Assembly: GCA_965140705.1 (NCBI GenBank)
Contig: OZ223302.1
Location: 576,001 to 640,000 of the forward strand
Reading direction: 5' to 3'
Length of the DNA: 64,000 nucleotides
Source of the DNA: an uncultured Arcobacter sp.
GTDB lineage: Bacteria; Campylobacterota; Campylobacteria; Campylobacterales; Arcobacteraceae
Of this stretch, positions 20,536 to 31,565 are shown one piece after another. The translations under genes were made by a program, and so were the position numbers. The notes below the pieces were generated by a model. It was not told the origin of the DNA, did not search any database, and saw only the letters and a program-made list of their open reading frames with translations. Position 1 is the stretch's first letter, and every line of letters begins with the position of its first letter.

Positions 20536-21249
20536 TTAAACCCCTAACATACTATTAGACAACAGTTTTTTCCTACTCTCCCAATCACTTAAATACTTAC
20601 CAAGTAACTCTTTAAATCTTTCATTATGATGTCTTTCTAGTAAATGCACCATTTCATGTACTACAATATACTCTATACACTCAACGGGCACTTTTGCAAG
20701 TTCAAGATTAAACCAAATATTTTTAGCTTCTATATTACAAGCTCCCCATTTGGTTTTCATCTTTTTTACATCCCAACGATTTAGCTTTACACCTATTTTC
20801 TTTTCCCATTTAGATACTAACTTTTCAAGCTCTTTTTTTAATTCACTTCTATACCATTCATTGAGTACTAAGAGCTTATTTTGATATGTAGTATTTTTAT
20901 TTACATAGAGTTCTAAAGTTGAGTGTTGTTTTACTATTTCATGTTTTCCATGTCGGTATATAACTTCAAGTAAATATCTATTTCCTAAAAAATAGTGACT
21001 TTCAGCATTTAACATCTCTCTTTTACTTTGTCGAGGTTGATTTTTAAAATTCTCTTTTTGCTTTTTTATCCATGCCAATCTTGATACCACTGCCAGTCGT
21101 ATACTATCATCACTTGTGTGTAGTGGAGATGCAACTCTTACCCTACCCTCGGGAGGATATACTCCTATATGGATATTTTTAATATCTTTTTTAACTACAT
21201 CAATATCTATATCACTAACATTGATTTTACTAATATTATTGGTAATCAT
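20536..21249 (-). CDS. YgjP/DUF45 (M48/SprT-like) zinc metallohydrolase associated with type I R-M
   Basis: MKTKWGACN and YIVVHEMVHLLERHH (HEXXH) motifs; overlaps the hsdR stop. Confidence 0.88.
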   Translation of the reverse strand: MITNNISKINVSDIDIDVVKKDIKNIHIGVYPPEGRVRVASPLHTSDDSIRLAVVSRLAWIKKQKENFKNQPRQSKREMLNAESHYFLGNRYLLEVIYRHGKHEIVKQHSTLELYVNKNTTYQNKLLVLNEWYRSELKKELEKLVSKWEKKIGVKLNRWDVKKMKTKWGACNIEAKNIWFNLELAKVPVECIEYIVVHEMVHLLERHHNERFKELLGKYLSDWESRKKLLSNSMLGV

Positions 21250-24200
21250 GTTGTTTCTTTATTATATCCATCAATGATTCTATTACCTCATCATCTAAGC
21301 CTGTCTCTCTAGCTATTGAAACAGATATTTTTCTCTCTTTCATTGGATGACCTATCCAATTATCCTCTTTAGTTCTTTCTATTATTTCATCTATTTTATT
21401 TGTTAAATCTTCTTTACTATCAAGTTTATCATAAATAGCTCTTTTTGCTAAACTTCCTTTTATACTATCAGGGTATTCTACATCTTCATTTTCACTAGGG
21501 TCATAAACCTTTGAAGCTAAATCTTTTATCTTTTCTAAATACTCTTTATACTCCATAGCATTTTCTTTACGCTCTTGGATAAGTTCATCTAAAAGCTCTG
21601 ACATTTTTTCATAATATTTAGGGTTTACCGATTTTTCATCAATGATAAGTTTTCTTACATTGTTTTCTATAGCTTCACTCATCGCTTCTTCATTCTCTTG
21701 CATACCTTTAGGCATACTTTTTACAAAATCTTCACTTCGACTTTTTATTAAAAGCTCTAATACTCCCATCTCTTCAAAATCTACAACTATCTCACTATCA
21801 TCAGCTTTTACATACTTATCAATAAGCTGTCTCATATCAGGCTCATATTTTTTTAAATCTATGTAATCACCACTTGAAAGCTTTATCTCTTCTCTTACTT
21901 TCTCATAATGCTTTACTTCTTCTTTTATTTCAAGTATTTCACTTTCACTATATCCTGCTAAATCATATTCATTGGCAATATTTGCATAAGCTCTTATAAG
22001 TGCTACCACACATTTATAAAGAAGTATTCTTTTAGCTTCATTATTTTTTATAGCCTCTTTATCATCACTAAGTCCTACAAAATATTTTTGATAATCGGTT
22101 ATATCTTTAGGCTCTTCAACTGGTTCACATAAAGCTTTTATATTTTCCCTCGCATTTTCAAGTCTCTCTTTTGCTTTTGTAAGTCTATTTGATATTAGCC
22201 CCTCTACATCTTTAGCCTCAAATTCTTCAAATGCTCCACTTGTATAATCTTCAATAGAGCCTTTAAGTTGGTTAAATAAATCTTGATAATCTATAATATA
22301 ACCATATTCTTTACCATCACCATCAAGTCTATTTACCCTACAAATAGCTTGAAAAAGTCCATGATCTCTAAGTCTTTTATCTATATACAAATATGTAGCA
22401 CTAGGAGCATCAAAACCTGTAAGAAGTTTATCTACAACTATTAATAGTTTCATTTGAGCAGGTTCATTGACAAATCTATCTTTTACTTGCTTTTCAAACT
22501 CATCTATTTTATTTACAGCTTTCTCTTCATCTTCATCAAAGTGTTCTGCTAACATCTTTCTATATACTTTGTATTTCTTTTGGTTTTGCTCAGTTGATTC
22601 CTCTTTTATATCTACAATAGATGGTACATAACTTGTTACTATGGCACATTTGCCTTTTAAATCTGTTTCTTGAAACATCTCATAGATTCTACAAGCATTA
22701 TAAATCTCATCACATACAAGCATAGCATTTCCACTACCATCTATTAGTCTATCTCTTGTTTTCATATCTTTTACAATATCAAAAACTATAGTAGATAATC
22801 TATCTTTAGATGATAGTACTTTTTTCATAGTTCCCCATTTTTGTTTTAGTTGAACTTTTGCCACATCATTTAAACCCTTTGTAGCTATCTCAAACCATTC
22901 ATCTATTTTTTTCTGGTTTCCTGTGTACTGATCTATATCTCTTGGCTCATATTGTAAATCAAGTACTACACCATCTTCTACTGCTTCATCAAACTGATAA
23001 GTATGGATATAAGTACCAAATTTCTCTATACTTGTTTCTTTATCCTCTTTTAGCAACGGTGTACCTGTAAAACCAATAAACATAGCATTTGGGAGTATCT
23101 CTTTCATAGCATCATGTAAAAGACCCGATTGAGTTCTATGGCACTCATCAACCAATACATACAAATCACCTTTTGGTTTAAAGTCACTTGGGATAGATTT
23201 CTTTAACTCTTTGATATATTTATCTGTTTCTTTTGAAGCTCTTTTTTCATTTGCTCCAAATTTATGTACTAAAGTACACATTAAAGACTCACTACTACTA
23301 TTTAAAGTTCCTAGAAGTTCAACACTTCCACTAGTACCTGAGCTAGGTTTGATTCTATAGATATTTTCTTCAACCCCTACAAATACTTTTTCTATCTGCT
23401 CATCTAGCTCTTTTCTATCTGTTACGATTAAAACTCTAGCATCTTCTATATTCTCTATTATCCATTTTGAAAGCCACACCATGGAGAGTGATTTACCACT
23501 TCCTTGGGTATGCCAAAAGATACCACCTTCTCTTTTTCTTACCCTTTCTTGCATAGCTTTTACACCAAAATATTGGTTTTGTCTGGCTATCTTTTTAATC
23601 CCTTTATCAAAAAGGATAAAATCATGTAACACTTCTATCAATCGCTTTTTATTTAAAAATCTTAAAATATCACAATCAAGTCTTGTAGTCCCATGTTCAC
23701 AATCATAAGGAGATAAAAACTTTTTATCTTTTTTATCTACTTTTGGGTTATACTCAGGATTTTCCTCTTTCCATGACAGATAATACTTTTCTTTTGTTCC
23801 TATAGTACCATACATCAAACCTTGTGTATCGTTACCTGCCATAACTAACTGCATTGAACTAAAAAAATCTTGAATAAATATTTTTTCTTGATTGATTAAA
23901 TTTTGTCTTATACCTTTGAGTACATCATTAGAAGAGCTTTTTAACTCAATTACCCCTATTGCTATACCATTGATATAGATTACAATATCGGGTCGTTTAT
24001 TTTTCTCTCGACCCTCAACTGCTACTTCCTCAGCAATATAAAAATCATTTGCTTCTATATCTTTCCAATCTATAAGCCAAGTTGTAGATGTGTGCTCATT
24101 TCCATTTTCATTTTCTTTTATTTTTACACCATATCGAAGTAGTTTATAAAACTCTTTATTAGCTTTATATAAGTATCTATCTCCGTTTAAAGATAAAGCT

Positions 24201-24400
24201 TCATAACACCTAGATAGAATTTTTGATATAAGTTTAGGGCTAATACCTCGCCCTTTTAGCCAAGATGTAAGTAGGTCTTCTTTTAGATTTGTATTTAACT
24301 GCTCAGATAAATCACCAAGATACTTATACCCAAGCTTTTTTTCCATAAGTTTTAATACTCTTTTTTGTGTAACTATTTCAGGCTTACCTACATCACTCAT
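21236..24400 (-). CDS. hsdR: Type I restriction enzyme R subunit
   Basis: PD...ELK nuclease motif, HTQGSGKS, DECHR, FTGTP, LLTGFD and QAICRVNR. Confidence 0.96.
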   Translation of the reverse strand: MSDVGKPEIVTQKRVLKLMEKKLGYKYLGDLSEQLNTNLKEDLLTSWLKGRGISPKLISKILSRCYEALSLNGDRYLYKANKEFYKLLRYGVKIKENENGNEHTSTTWLIDWKDIEANDFYIAEEVAVEGREKNKRPDIVIYINGIAIGVIELKSSSNDVLKGIRQNLINQEKIFIQDFFSSMQLVMAGNDTQGLMYGTIGTKEKYYLSWKEENPEYNPKVDKKDKKFLSPYDCEHGTTRLDCDILRFLNKKRLIEVLHDFILFDKGIKKIARQNQYFGVKAMQERVRKREGGIFWHTQGSGKSLSMVWLSKWIIENIEDARVLIVTDRKELDEQIEKVFVGVEENIYRIKPSSGTSGSVELLGTLNSSSESLMCTLVHKFGANEKRASKETDKYIKELKKSIPSDFKPKGDLYVLVDECHRTQSGLLHDAMKEILPNAMFIGFTGTPLLKEDKETSIEKFGTYIHTYQFDEAVEDGVVLDLQYEPRDIDQYTGNQKKIDEWFEIATKGLNDVAKVQLKQKWGTMKKVLSSKDRLSTIVFDIVKDMKTRDRLIDGSGNAMLVCDEIYNACRIYEMFQETDLKGKCAIVTSYVPSIVDIKEESTEQNQKKYKVYRKMLAEHFDEDEEKAVNKIDEFEKQVKDRFVNEPAQMKLLIVVDKLLTGFDAPSATYLYIDKRLRDHGLFQAICRVNRLDGDGKEYGYIIDYQDLFNQLKGSIEDYTSGAFEEFEAKDVEGLISNRLTKAKERLENARENIKALCEPVEEPKDITDYQKYFVGLSDDKEAIKNNEAKRILLYKCVVALIRAYANIANEYDLAGYSESEILEIKEEVKHYEKVREEIKLSSGDYIDLKKYEPDMRQLIDKYVKADDSEIVVDFEEMGVLELLIKSRSEDFVKSMPKGMQENEEAMSEAIENNVRKLIIDEKSVNPKYYEKMSELLDELIQERKENAMEYKEYLEKIKDLASKVYDPSENEDVEYPDSIKGSLAKRAIYDKLDSKEDLTNKIDEIIERTKEDNWIGHPMKERKISVSIARETGLDDEVIESLMDIIKKQHDYQ

Positions 24401-24404
24401 ATCT

Positions 24405-25607
24405 TTATCCTTTTATTAGTCTTGTCTTTCCTGTTAGAAGCTCATCCATCATCGCTTCTTTTATTGCTTTTGTTTTTTTTAATTTTTCTTTTAAAGATTC
24501 TATCTCTTTATCCATATCTGATAGTATAGTTGCTATTGCTTTTTGTTCGTCTATTTTTGGAACTAAAATTTCAATATTACTAAATTCTCCAATCCAATGT
24601 CTCTTATGGTCTGCCACTTGATATTTAATTTGTTGCATAACTTCATAAATAAACTTTAAATTAACATCTGAATTTTTAGGAATTAACATCTTCATTGCAG
24701 AAGATTTGACTTTAAAAGGGAAATTAACAAACTTACTTGAAGTAGTGAAATCATCAAAAATTATAACAGGAAGATTATCAAATATTCCAAATTCTTCATT
24801 CGTATATCCAAGAATAAATGTTTTTCCAGCAGTTAAAACTGGAACCTCACTACTGTCACTATACTTAGTATTTAATACTAAATATTTTGTAGGTTGTTCA
24901 TACTCTAAAAAGTCTCCAAGATTTTTTTCTTCCCACTCTTCAGTAAATCCTTTAAGTCGTTTTTTACCTGTTAAAAGTTGTTGCATAGTTCCTAGTTTGA
25001 TATTCTCTTTTTTATCTATTAAATTTTGAAGAGAATCGATAAGTTCATCAGTATCACTTAAAGCTTTTGCTATTGCTTTTTGTTCTTTTTCTTTTGGTAA
25101 AAATACTTCGTATTTTCCGACGGATTCTTGAGTAATCCCAAAGAATGTAGTTCCTGATTTTGTCAAATCTATATGTTTTAAAAATGGTTTATAATGTAAC
25201 TGATAAAATAGAAACTTTGGATAATATCGGTTGTTTTTTGGTCTAAATACCAAAAGGTGACTATTTAAAGATGCTTTATAAGGATATGGAATATTATCTA
25301 CATAAAGAAGCTTACCTATTGTTCCATCTTTTGTCATTAAAATATCATCTATCTTTAATTGAATTTGTTTAGCTTCATTATATCGTTCACTAGGAATATG
25401 ATAAACTTCATCCCATCTGATTTTTCCATCTTTAAAATTCATTCCTGTTATTAGAAAAGGATCGTCACTTCTAAAAGTAAATTCATGCTGTTTTAAACCT
25501 TGCCAACCTATTCTACCATGCATAGAGCTAATATCTTTAAATAATTCTAACTCCCATTCTTCAGGAATAACACCAATATCAGTTAATTTATACCCATCTT
25601 TTACCAT
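24405..25607 (-). CDS. hsdS: Type I restriction-modification specificity subunit
   Basis: Two TRDs, each followed by the conserved helix EQKAIA..LSD.D..I.SL...LLTGK.RL. Confidence 0.95.
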   Translation of the reverse strand: MVKDGYKLTDIGVIPEEWELELFKDISSMHGRIGWQGLKQHEFTFRSDDPFLITGMNFKDGKIRWDEVYHIPSERYNEAKQIQLKIDDILMTKDGTIGKLLYVDNIPYPYKASLNSHLLVFRPKNNRYYPKFLFYQLHYKPFLKHIDLTKSGTTFFGITQESVGKYEVFLPKEKEQKAIAKALSDTDELIDSLQNLIDKKENIKLGTMQQLLTGKKRLKGFTEEWEEKNLGDFLEYEQPTKYLVLNTKYSDSSEVPVLTAGKTFILGYTNEEFGIFDNLPVIIFDDFTTSSKFVNFPFKVKSSAMKMLIPKNSDVNLKFIYEVMQQIKYQVADHKRHWIGEFSNIEILVPKIDEQKAIATILSDMDKEIESLKEKLKKTKAIKEAMMDELLTGKTRLIKG

Positions 25608-28054
25608 GAAATCCCCATAGCTTTTAGGTGTTCTTCTACTTTTTTATTTAAATCTTGTGTATTTTCTTCTAGTTTTGAAAGAGGTGTTTTATATCGTTCT
25701 TCTAAAGTTTTAATTCTATTGGCTAATGAGTTTGTTACCCTTTCAATCTCTTCTTTTATAGAAGTTACAATAGTGTTAAGCCATTTATCTTCTATCACTA
25801 ACTCTTTTATCTCAAAAATTGAAAGAGTTGGGTACTTTTCATATACTTTTATATTTAAAGCTTTGATTGCATTGTTTAGTGTTGTGTTAGCTTTTGTTTT
25901 TGTTTCAGTTAGCTCTTTATACTTTTTAAACACCTCTCTATCATCTTTATCTTTTGTATTTTTGATAGCTTTTTTTAGTGCATCGGCTGTTATATTACCT
26001 TTGTCATTTCTTATGGTATCAAGTACACTATCCTCTCCACTATCTTCCTCTACAAAACTCTCTAATCTACCTATAGCCTCATCAAGTTTTACTTGAAGTT
26101 CATCTATCTCTTTTTGTTCAACATGAAAATACTTAGCTATCATAAGATGTGGAGGGATAAGGTCAGCTACATATCTTTTCTTAGCTTTTCCTATCTCAAA
26201 ATGGTGTTTCTCTTTATATTTATTTTTACCATTTTTATCTTTTACAGGTTTTAAAAGCCTTGGTTCATTTCCTACTTTCCAACCATCAATAGAAATCATA
26301 TAACAATCATCTTGCATAGTCTCAACCCAGTAATCCATCAATAGCTGATAAATTTCATATTTATTTATAAGTTTCACATTTCCAAATACTTTTAAAATAC
26401 CTTCAGAGAGCTTATTTATTAACTCTTTTGGATGAAATCCCTCTTCTAAGTTTTCCAATATTTTAAAGTGATTATTCATCCACTGTTGATAAAGTTTAAG
26501 AGTCTCATCTTTAAACTCTTTATATTCATTATGATTTAAAATAAAGCTTTTCACTTCATTTGATTTTATTTTTATATCACTATACCCATCTTTTTTACTT
26601 GGAGTAAATAGTTCAGTTTTTAATTTTGGGAAAGTATCCCAATACTCTTTTAAATTTTCTATATCATTATTTGGTATTCCACCATTTAAATGTGCATATA
26701 AATTATGTATATCTTCTTCTTTACTACTATCTATATATCTTGGAATATTTAGATTATATTGATGAGCTTCTATCTCTTTATATGGAACCATACGAGAGTA
26801 TTTTTCTATCTCAGTTTGAGTATTAAAAGTATCTATTATTTTATGTACATCTTGGTCTCTTAGGCGATTTTTATTTCCATCTTTTTTAAACCCTTTAGAA
26901 GCATCTATCATAAATATACCACTTCGTCCACCAGCTCCCTCTTTATCAAGTACGATGATACAAGCAGGTATCCCTGTACCATAAAAAAGGTTTGCAGGTA
27001 ATCCTATAATACCTTTAATATATCTTTTTACTCTGATAAGTTGCTCTCTTATTGTCGCTTCTGCATTTCCACGAAATAGTACTCCATGAGGTAATATAAC
27101 AGCACCTTTACCCTTTTGTTTCATAGATTTTACAATATGAAGTAAAAAACCATAGTCTCCATTTTTCTCTGGTGGTATTGCATCATATCCATCAAATCTT
27201 CTATAAACATCAGGATTATGTACTCCATTTGTCCAAGCTTTTAAAGAAAATGGGGGATTCGCAACCACAAAATCAAAAGTTTTAAGTGTTATATCATCCT
27301 CTTTAAAATATGGATGTGATAATGTACTTTGACCACCTGGGGCAATTTCATAAGTTTCTTGTCCGTGTATTATAAGATTCATTTTACAAAGTAATGTAGT
27401 AGCCGCTTCTTTTTCTTGTCCATAGATACTTAAACCATTTGGTGCTTCATTGGAACACTTTAAAAGAAGTGAACCACTTCCACAAGTTGGGTCATATACT
27501 GTTTGCTTTTGAGTAGTATTTTTATCTATACCTATTATTTTTGGTAGGATTGTTGAAACTTCTGAAGGAGTATAAAACTGTCCTTTACTTTTTCCTGATT
27601 CAGTTGCAAAGTGACGCATAAGATATTCATACGCATCTCCAAGAAGATCATCCCCCTCAGCTGTATTTGCCCCAAGTTCAAGGTTATCAAATATTTTTAT
27701 AAGCTTTGATAAAGTATCTACCATTTGCTTATCTTTACCTAGCTTCTCTTCACTATTAAAATCAGCTGTAGTGATAACATTACCCAAACCATTAGCATCA
27801 GCAACTTTTCGGATGATTATATTCATCTTATCACCGATCTCTTTATCACCACTTAACTTAACAATATCATCAAAACTAGCACCCTTAGGGATTATTATCA
27901 TACTGTGTTTATCATTTTTATGTTTATCTGATACATATTTCATAAATAGAAGTGTAAGGACATAGTTTTTATATTCACTAGCATCCATTCCACCTCTAAG
28001 CTCATCCGCACTTGCCCATAGAGAGCTATATAATTCTGTTTTTTTGATTGCCAT
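25601..28054 (-). CDS. hsdM: Type I restriction-modification N6-adenine methyltransferase (long form)
   Basis: LWASADELRG, GQFYTP, YDPTCGSG, NPPF, LPHGVLFRG and YNLNIPRYI motifs. Confidence 0.96.
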   Translation of the reverse strand: MAIKKTELYSSLWASADELRGGMDASEYKNYVLTLLFMKYVSDKHKNDKHSMIIIPKGASFDDIVKLSGDKEIGDKMNIIIRKVADANGLGNVITTADFNSEEKLGKDKQMVDTLSKLIKIFDNLELGANTAEGDDLLGDAYEYLMRHFATESGKSKGQFYTPSEVSTILPKIIGIDKNTTQKQTVYDPTCGSGSLLLKCSNEAPNGLSIYGQEKEAATTLLCKMNLIIHGQETYEIAPGGQSTLSHPYFKEDDITLKTFDFVVANPPFSLKAWTNGVHNPDVYRRFDGYDAIPPEKNGDYGFLLHIVKSMKQKGKGAVILPHGVLFRGNAEATIREQLIRVKRYIKGIIGLPANLFYGTGIPACIIVLDKEGAGGRSGIFMIDASKGFKKDGNKNRLRDQDVHKIIDTFNTQTEIEKYSRMVPYKEIEAHQYNLNIPRYIDSSKEEDIHNLYAHLNGGIPNNDIENLKEYWDTFPKLKTELFTPSKKDGYSDIKIKSNEVKSFILNHNEYKEFKDETLKLYQQWMNNHFKILENLEEGFHPKELINKLSEGILKVFGNVKLINKYEIYQLLMDYWVETMQDDCYMISIDGWKVGNEPRLLKPVKDKNGKNKYKEKHHFEIGKAKKRYVADLIPPHLMIAKYFHVEQKEIDELQVKLDEAIGRLESFVEEDSGEDSVLDTIRNDKGNITADALKKAIKNTKDKDDREVFKKYKELTETKTKANTTLNNAIKALNIKVYEKYPTLSIFEIKELVIEDKWLNTIVTSIKEEIERVTNSLANRIKTLEERYKTPLSKLEENTQDLNKKVEEHLKAMGISW

Positions 28055-28139
28055 TTATTTCCAATAATTATTTATCTATTTAAGATAATTATTTTACAAA
28101 AAGTTTTTAGTGATACATATAAAATAGATAAATAAAATC

Positions 28140-28376
28140 TCCTTATCCCCTTTTATTCCAACATCTGCAAAAGCCGAGCGTTTATTTTTCTTTTTTCCAA
28201 ACAAGTTTGGCAACTGTTTGAGTGTTTAAAAGTTGCTAAATGCGAGTTTTGACAAATGGAAAAATTAAAAATAATAAGGGGATGGAACCCGAAGGGCTTT
28301 TAAGCCGTTGGTGGCTTTTTGTTTTACTTTTTGCCACCAAAAAGTGAAGAAGCGAAGAACTTTAATTCTTCAAGAG
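28140..28376 (-). repeat. Structured non-coding element, right copy (inverted relative to 20263-20518)
   Basis: TCCTTATCCC / AACATC / CCCGAAGGG / AAGCCGTTG / TTTGCCACCAAA / TCAAGAG blocks; several hairpins. Confidence 0.75.
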
Positions 28377-28403
28377 CGTAATAAAAGAAAAAGGATTTTT
28401 CTT

Positions 28404-29249
28404 TTATTTTTCCACTAATTTATACAAATTAGCAATCTCCTCTGCCCAAATTTCTTCGTTTATCGTCTCTAAAACCAACGGAATATCATCCATTCTCTCA
28501 TCATTCATAATAAATTTAAAAGCATCCCAACCAATCTTTCCTACACCTAAAGAATCGTGTCTATCTACTCTACTTCCTAAGTCTGGTTTTGAATCATTTA
28601 TATGCATACCCATTAAGTATTGTCTTCCTACTACCTCATCGAACTCTTTCCAGGTTTTATCATAGGCTTCTCTTGTTCTTATGTCATATCCAGCTGTGAA
28701 CATGTGACAGGTGTCTATACATACTCCTACTCTACTTTTATCTCCGATTTTATCTATGATGTAAGCTAAGTGTTCAAACTTGTATCCTAAGTTACTTCCT
28801 TGTCCTGCTGTGTTTTCTATTACTAGTTTTACATCATTTGTTGCATCAATTGCTTTATTCATAGAAAGGGCTATATTATCTAAACACTCTTCTTCACTTA
28901 TCTTTCGCAAGTGACTTCCTGGGTGGAAGTTTAGTCTGTCTAGTTTTAGGATTTCACATCTCTCAATCTCATGGATAAATCCATCTAGTGATTTTTGACG
29001 ACTCTCTTCAACGGGATGTCCTAAGTTTATCAAATAACTATCGTGCGGTAAAATATGCTTTGGCAATATTCCACATTTGTCCATCTCTTCAAACCATTTA
29101 TCAAGAACATCATTTTCGAAAGGTTTTGCCGCCCATTGTCTTTGGTTTTTTGTAAAAAGAGCAAAAGCTTTTGCTCCTATTGCTGTTGCATTTATGGGTG
29201 CATTGTACACTCCCCCACTTGCGCTTACATGTGCTCCTACGTATTTCAT
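28404..29249 (-). CDS. nfo: Endonuclease IV
   Basis: [34 protein letters not shown] and DRHD zinc-binding motifs. Confidence 0.96.
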   Translation of the reverse strand: MKYVGAHVSASGGVYNAPINATAIGAKAFALFTKNQRQWAAKPFENDVLDKWFEEMDKCGILPKHILPHDSYLINLGHPVEESRQKSLDGFIHEIERCEILKLDRLNFHPGSHLRKISEEECLDNIALSMNKAIDATNDVKLVIENTAGQGSNLGYKFEHLAYIIDKIGDKSRVGVCIDTCHMFTAGYDIRTREAYDKTWKEFDEVVGRQYLMGMHINDSKPDLGSRVDRHDSLGVGKIGWDAFKFIMNDERMDDIPLVLETINEEIWAEEIANLYKLVEK

Positions 29250-29417
29250 TATCGGTTCCTAATATCTTTTTAGGGGGATTTTACTCAATCTTGGATTTTA
29301 TGTTCCTTATTGTTTCATTTTAGTTCAGATATTAATAAATGCTAGATAAATGCTATTTTTATCATGTGAATATCATTTCCTTTAATTATTATTTAGCCTG
29401 AAAAATAAGGAGATTTT

Positions 29418-31109
29418 ATGGAGATAAGCACACAAGCTCTTTTTGCTGCACTACCTATATTTGTAGCAGCAATATTATTAGTTGGATTTAGATGGCCAGC
29501 TAAGAAAGCAATGCCAGTTGTATTTATAGTGACTGCACTTGTAGCCTTTTATGTATGGCAAGTAAGTTTTAATAGAATACTTGCATCATCAATTCAAGGT
29601 TTCTTGATTACCATAGCAGTTTTATGGATAATCTTTGGTGCAATTTTATTGTTAAATACACTTAAACACTCAGGAGCTATAAAAGCTATTAGAGAAGGGT
29701 TTAATAACGTGAGCCCAGATAGAAGGGTACAAGTTATTATCATAGCTTGGTTATTTGGTTCATTTATTGAGGGTGCATCTGGATTTGGAACACCAGCTGC
29801 TATTGCAGCTCCACTTTTAGTTGCTATTGGTTTTCCTGCTATGGCTGCTGTTATGATTGGAATGATGATTCAAAGTACACCTGTATCATTTGGTGCAGTT
29901 GGAACTCCAATTTTAATTGGTGTAAATAAGGGATTAGACTCTGATACTATTAGTCACTCTTTACAAGCAGTTGGTTCAAACTGGGATAGTTATTTACAAA
30001 TAATCACAAGTGAAGTTGCAATCATTCATGCTATAACTGGAACATTGATTCCTCTATTTATGACTATTATGATGACTAGATTTTTTGGTCAAAATAAATC
30101 ATGGACAGAAGGATTATCAATCTTACCATTTGCTATTTTTGGTGGATTAGCCTTTACTATTCCTTATGCACTTACAGGCGTATTTTTAGGTGCTGAGTTC
30201 CCATCACTAATTGGTGCTTTAGTTGGACTTCCAATTGTAGTATTTGCTGCGAAAAAAGGATTTTTACTTCCTAAAGACTCTTGGGATTTTGCTCCAAAAG
30301 AAAAATGGCCAGTTCATTGGGTATCTAAACTTGAAATGAACATGGATGCAATGAATACAAAAGTTGATATGTCATTAGCAAAAGCTTGGATTCCATATGT
30401 ACTTGTTGCAGTTATTTTAGTTATTACAAGAGTATCAAGTGAAGCAAAAGCTTTTGTTACATCTTGGGTAATACCTTTTAAAAATATTTTAGGTGAAGGT
30501 TTAGGTTATTCTATTACTCCTTTATATTTACCAGGTGGAATTTTAGTGTTTGTTGTGTTGATTACTTATTTCTTACATAAAATGGAATTTAAAGAGATGC
30601 AAGCTTCACTAAGTGAATCTTCAAAAGTAATGTTAGGTGCTGGGTTTGTTCTTGTATTTACTATTCCATTAGTTAGAATTCTTATCAATTCTGGAGTAAA
30701 TGCTTCTGGATTTGAGTCTATGCCTGTTGCTATGGCAAAATATGTAGCCCATTCGGTTGGTGATATTTATCCATTATTCGCCCCATTAGTTGGTGCATTG
30801 GGAGCATTTATTGCAGGAAGTAATACTGTTTCAAATATGATGTTAAGTCAATTTCAATTTGGGGTGGCAGATGCACTTGGACTTTCAACTGCACTTATGA
30901 TAGCTCTTCAAGCAGTTGGAGCAGCAGCTGGAAATATGATAGCAATACACAATGTTGTTGCAGCTTCAGCTACTGTTGGCTTACTTGATCAAGAAGGTGA
31001 AACATTAAGAAAAACAATAATACCTACTATTTATTATTGTTTAGTTGCAGGAATTCTTGGTTTGATTTCTATGTATTATTTAGGAATAACAGATCCATTA
31101 GTTAAATAA
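29418..31109 (+). CDS. lctP: L-lactate/glycolate permease (LctP family)
   Basis: [21 protein letters not shown] and GSNTVSN motifs; polytopic membrane protein. Confidence 0.9.
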   Translation: MEISTQALFAALPIFVAAILLVGFRWPAKKAMPVVFIVTALVAFYVWQVSFNRILASSIQGFLITIAVLWIIFGAILLLNTLKHSGAIKAIREGFNNVSPDRRVQVIIIAWLFGSFIEGASGFGTPAAIAAPLLVAIGFPAMAAVMIGMMIQSTPVSFGAVGTPILIGVNKGLDSDTISHSLQAVGSNWDSYLQIITSEVAIIHAITGTLIPLFMTIMMTRFFGQNKSWTEGLSILPFAIFGGLAFTIPYALTGVFLGAEFPSLIGALVGLPIVVFAAKKGFLLPKDSWDFAPKEKWPVHWVSKLEMNMDAMNTKVDMSLAKAWIPYVLVAVILVITRVSSEAKAFVTSWVIPFKNILGEGLGYSITPLYLPGGILVFVVLITYFLHKMEFKEMQASLSESSKVMLGAGFVLVFTIPLVRILINSGVNASGFESMPVAMAKYVAHSVGDIYPLFAPLVGALGAFIAGSNTVSNMMLSQFQFGVADALGLSTALMIALQAVGAAAGNMIAIHNVVAASATVGLLDQEGETLRKTIIPTIYYCLVAGILGLISMYYLGITDPLVK

Positions 31110-31111
31110 AC

Positions 31112-31139
31112 TTACAAGGAGAGTCTTTTCTCCTTGTAA
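31112..31139. terminator. Bidirectional intrinsic terminator
   Basis: TTACAAGGAGA...TCTCCTTGTAA hairpin between convergent genes. Confidence 0.8.
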
Positions 31140-31142
31140 ATA

Positions 31143-31565
31143 TTACTTACAAATTTTTTGATTACTTTTTTTACTATACATTCCATTAATGGCTTTTTGT
31201 AAAATATGTATTTTATAACAAACTCTTCCATTAGTTTTACTTCTATTTACTAATCCTGTTATCTCATAGATATCCATTGATTTTGGATTTGGGAAAATTC
31301 CATTTACTGGCTTATACTTAGAGACAAAGATTTTATTTGCATCAAAAATATAATAACTCTCATATTCATCATATTTTACTATATTATTTTTTCCAAACTC
31401 AATCATAAAAGGTTCATCAAAACTATTATAAAAACCAAAAGATATACCAACTCTTTCACCGCTTTTTTCATCCAACTTGCTCATCTCCCAAGTTCCTATG
31501 ATTTTTTTGGGAGTTATAGCATTAATAGTTGAAATTAAAAAAATTATTAAGAAAATTATTTTCAT
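31143..31565 (-). CDS. Hypothetical secreted protein
   Basis: Signal peptide MKIIFLIIFLISTINA; IIGTW lipocalin-like start; GGGG RBS. Confidence 0.7.
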   Translation of the reverse strand: MKIIFLIIFLISTINAITPKKIIGTWEMSKLDEKSGERVGISFGFYNSFDEPFMIEFGKNNIVKYDEYESYYIFDANKIFVSKYKPVNGIFPNPKSMDIYEITGLVNRSKTNGRVCYKIHILQKAINGMYSKKSNQKICK

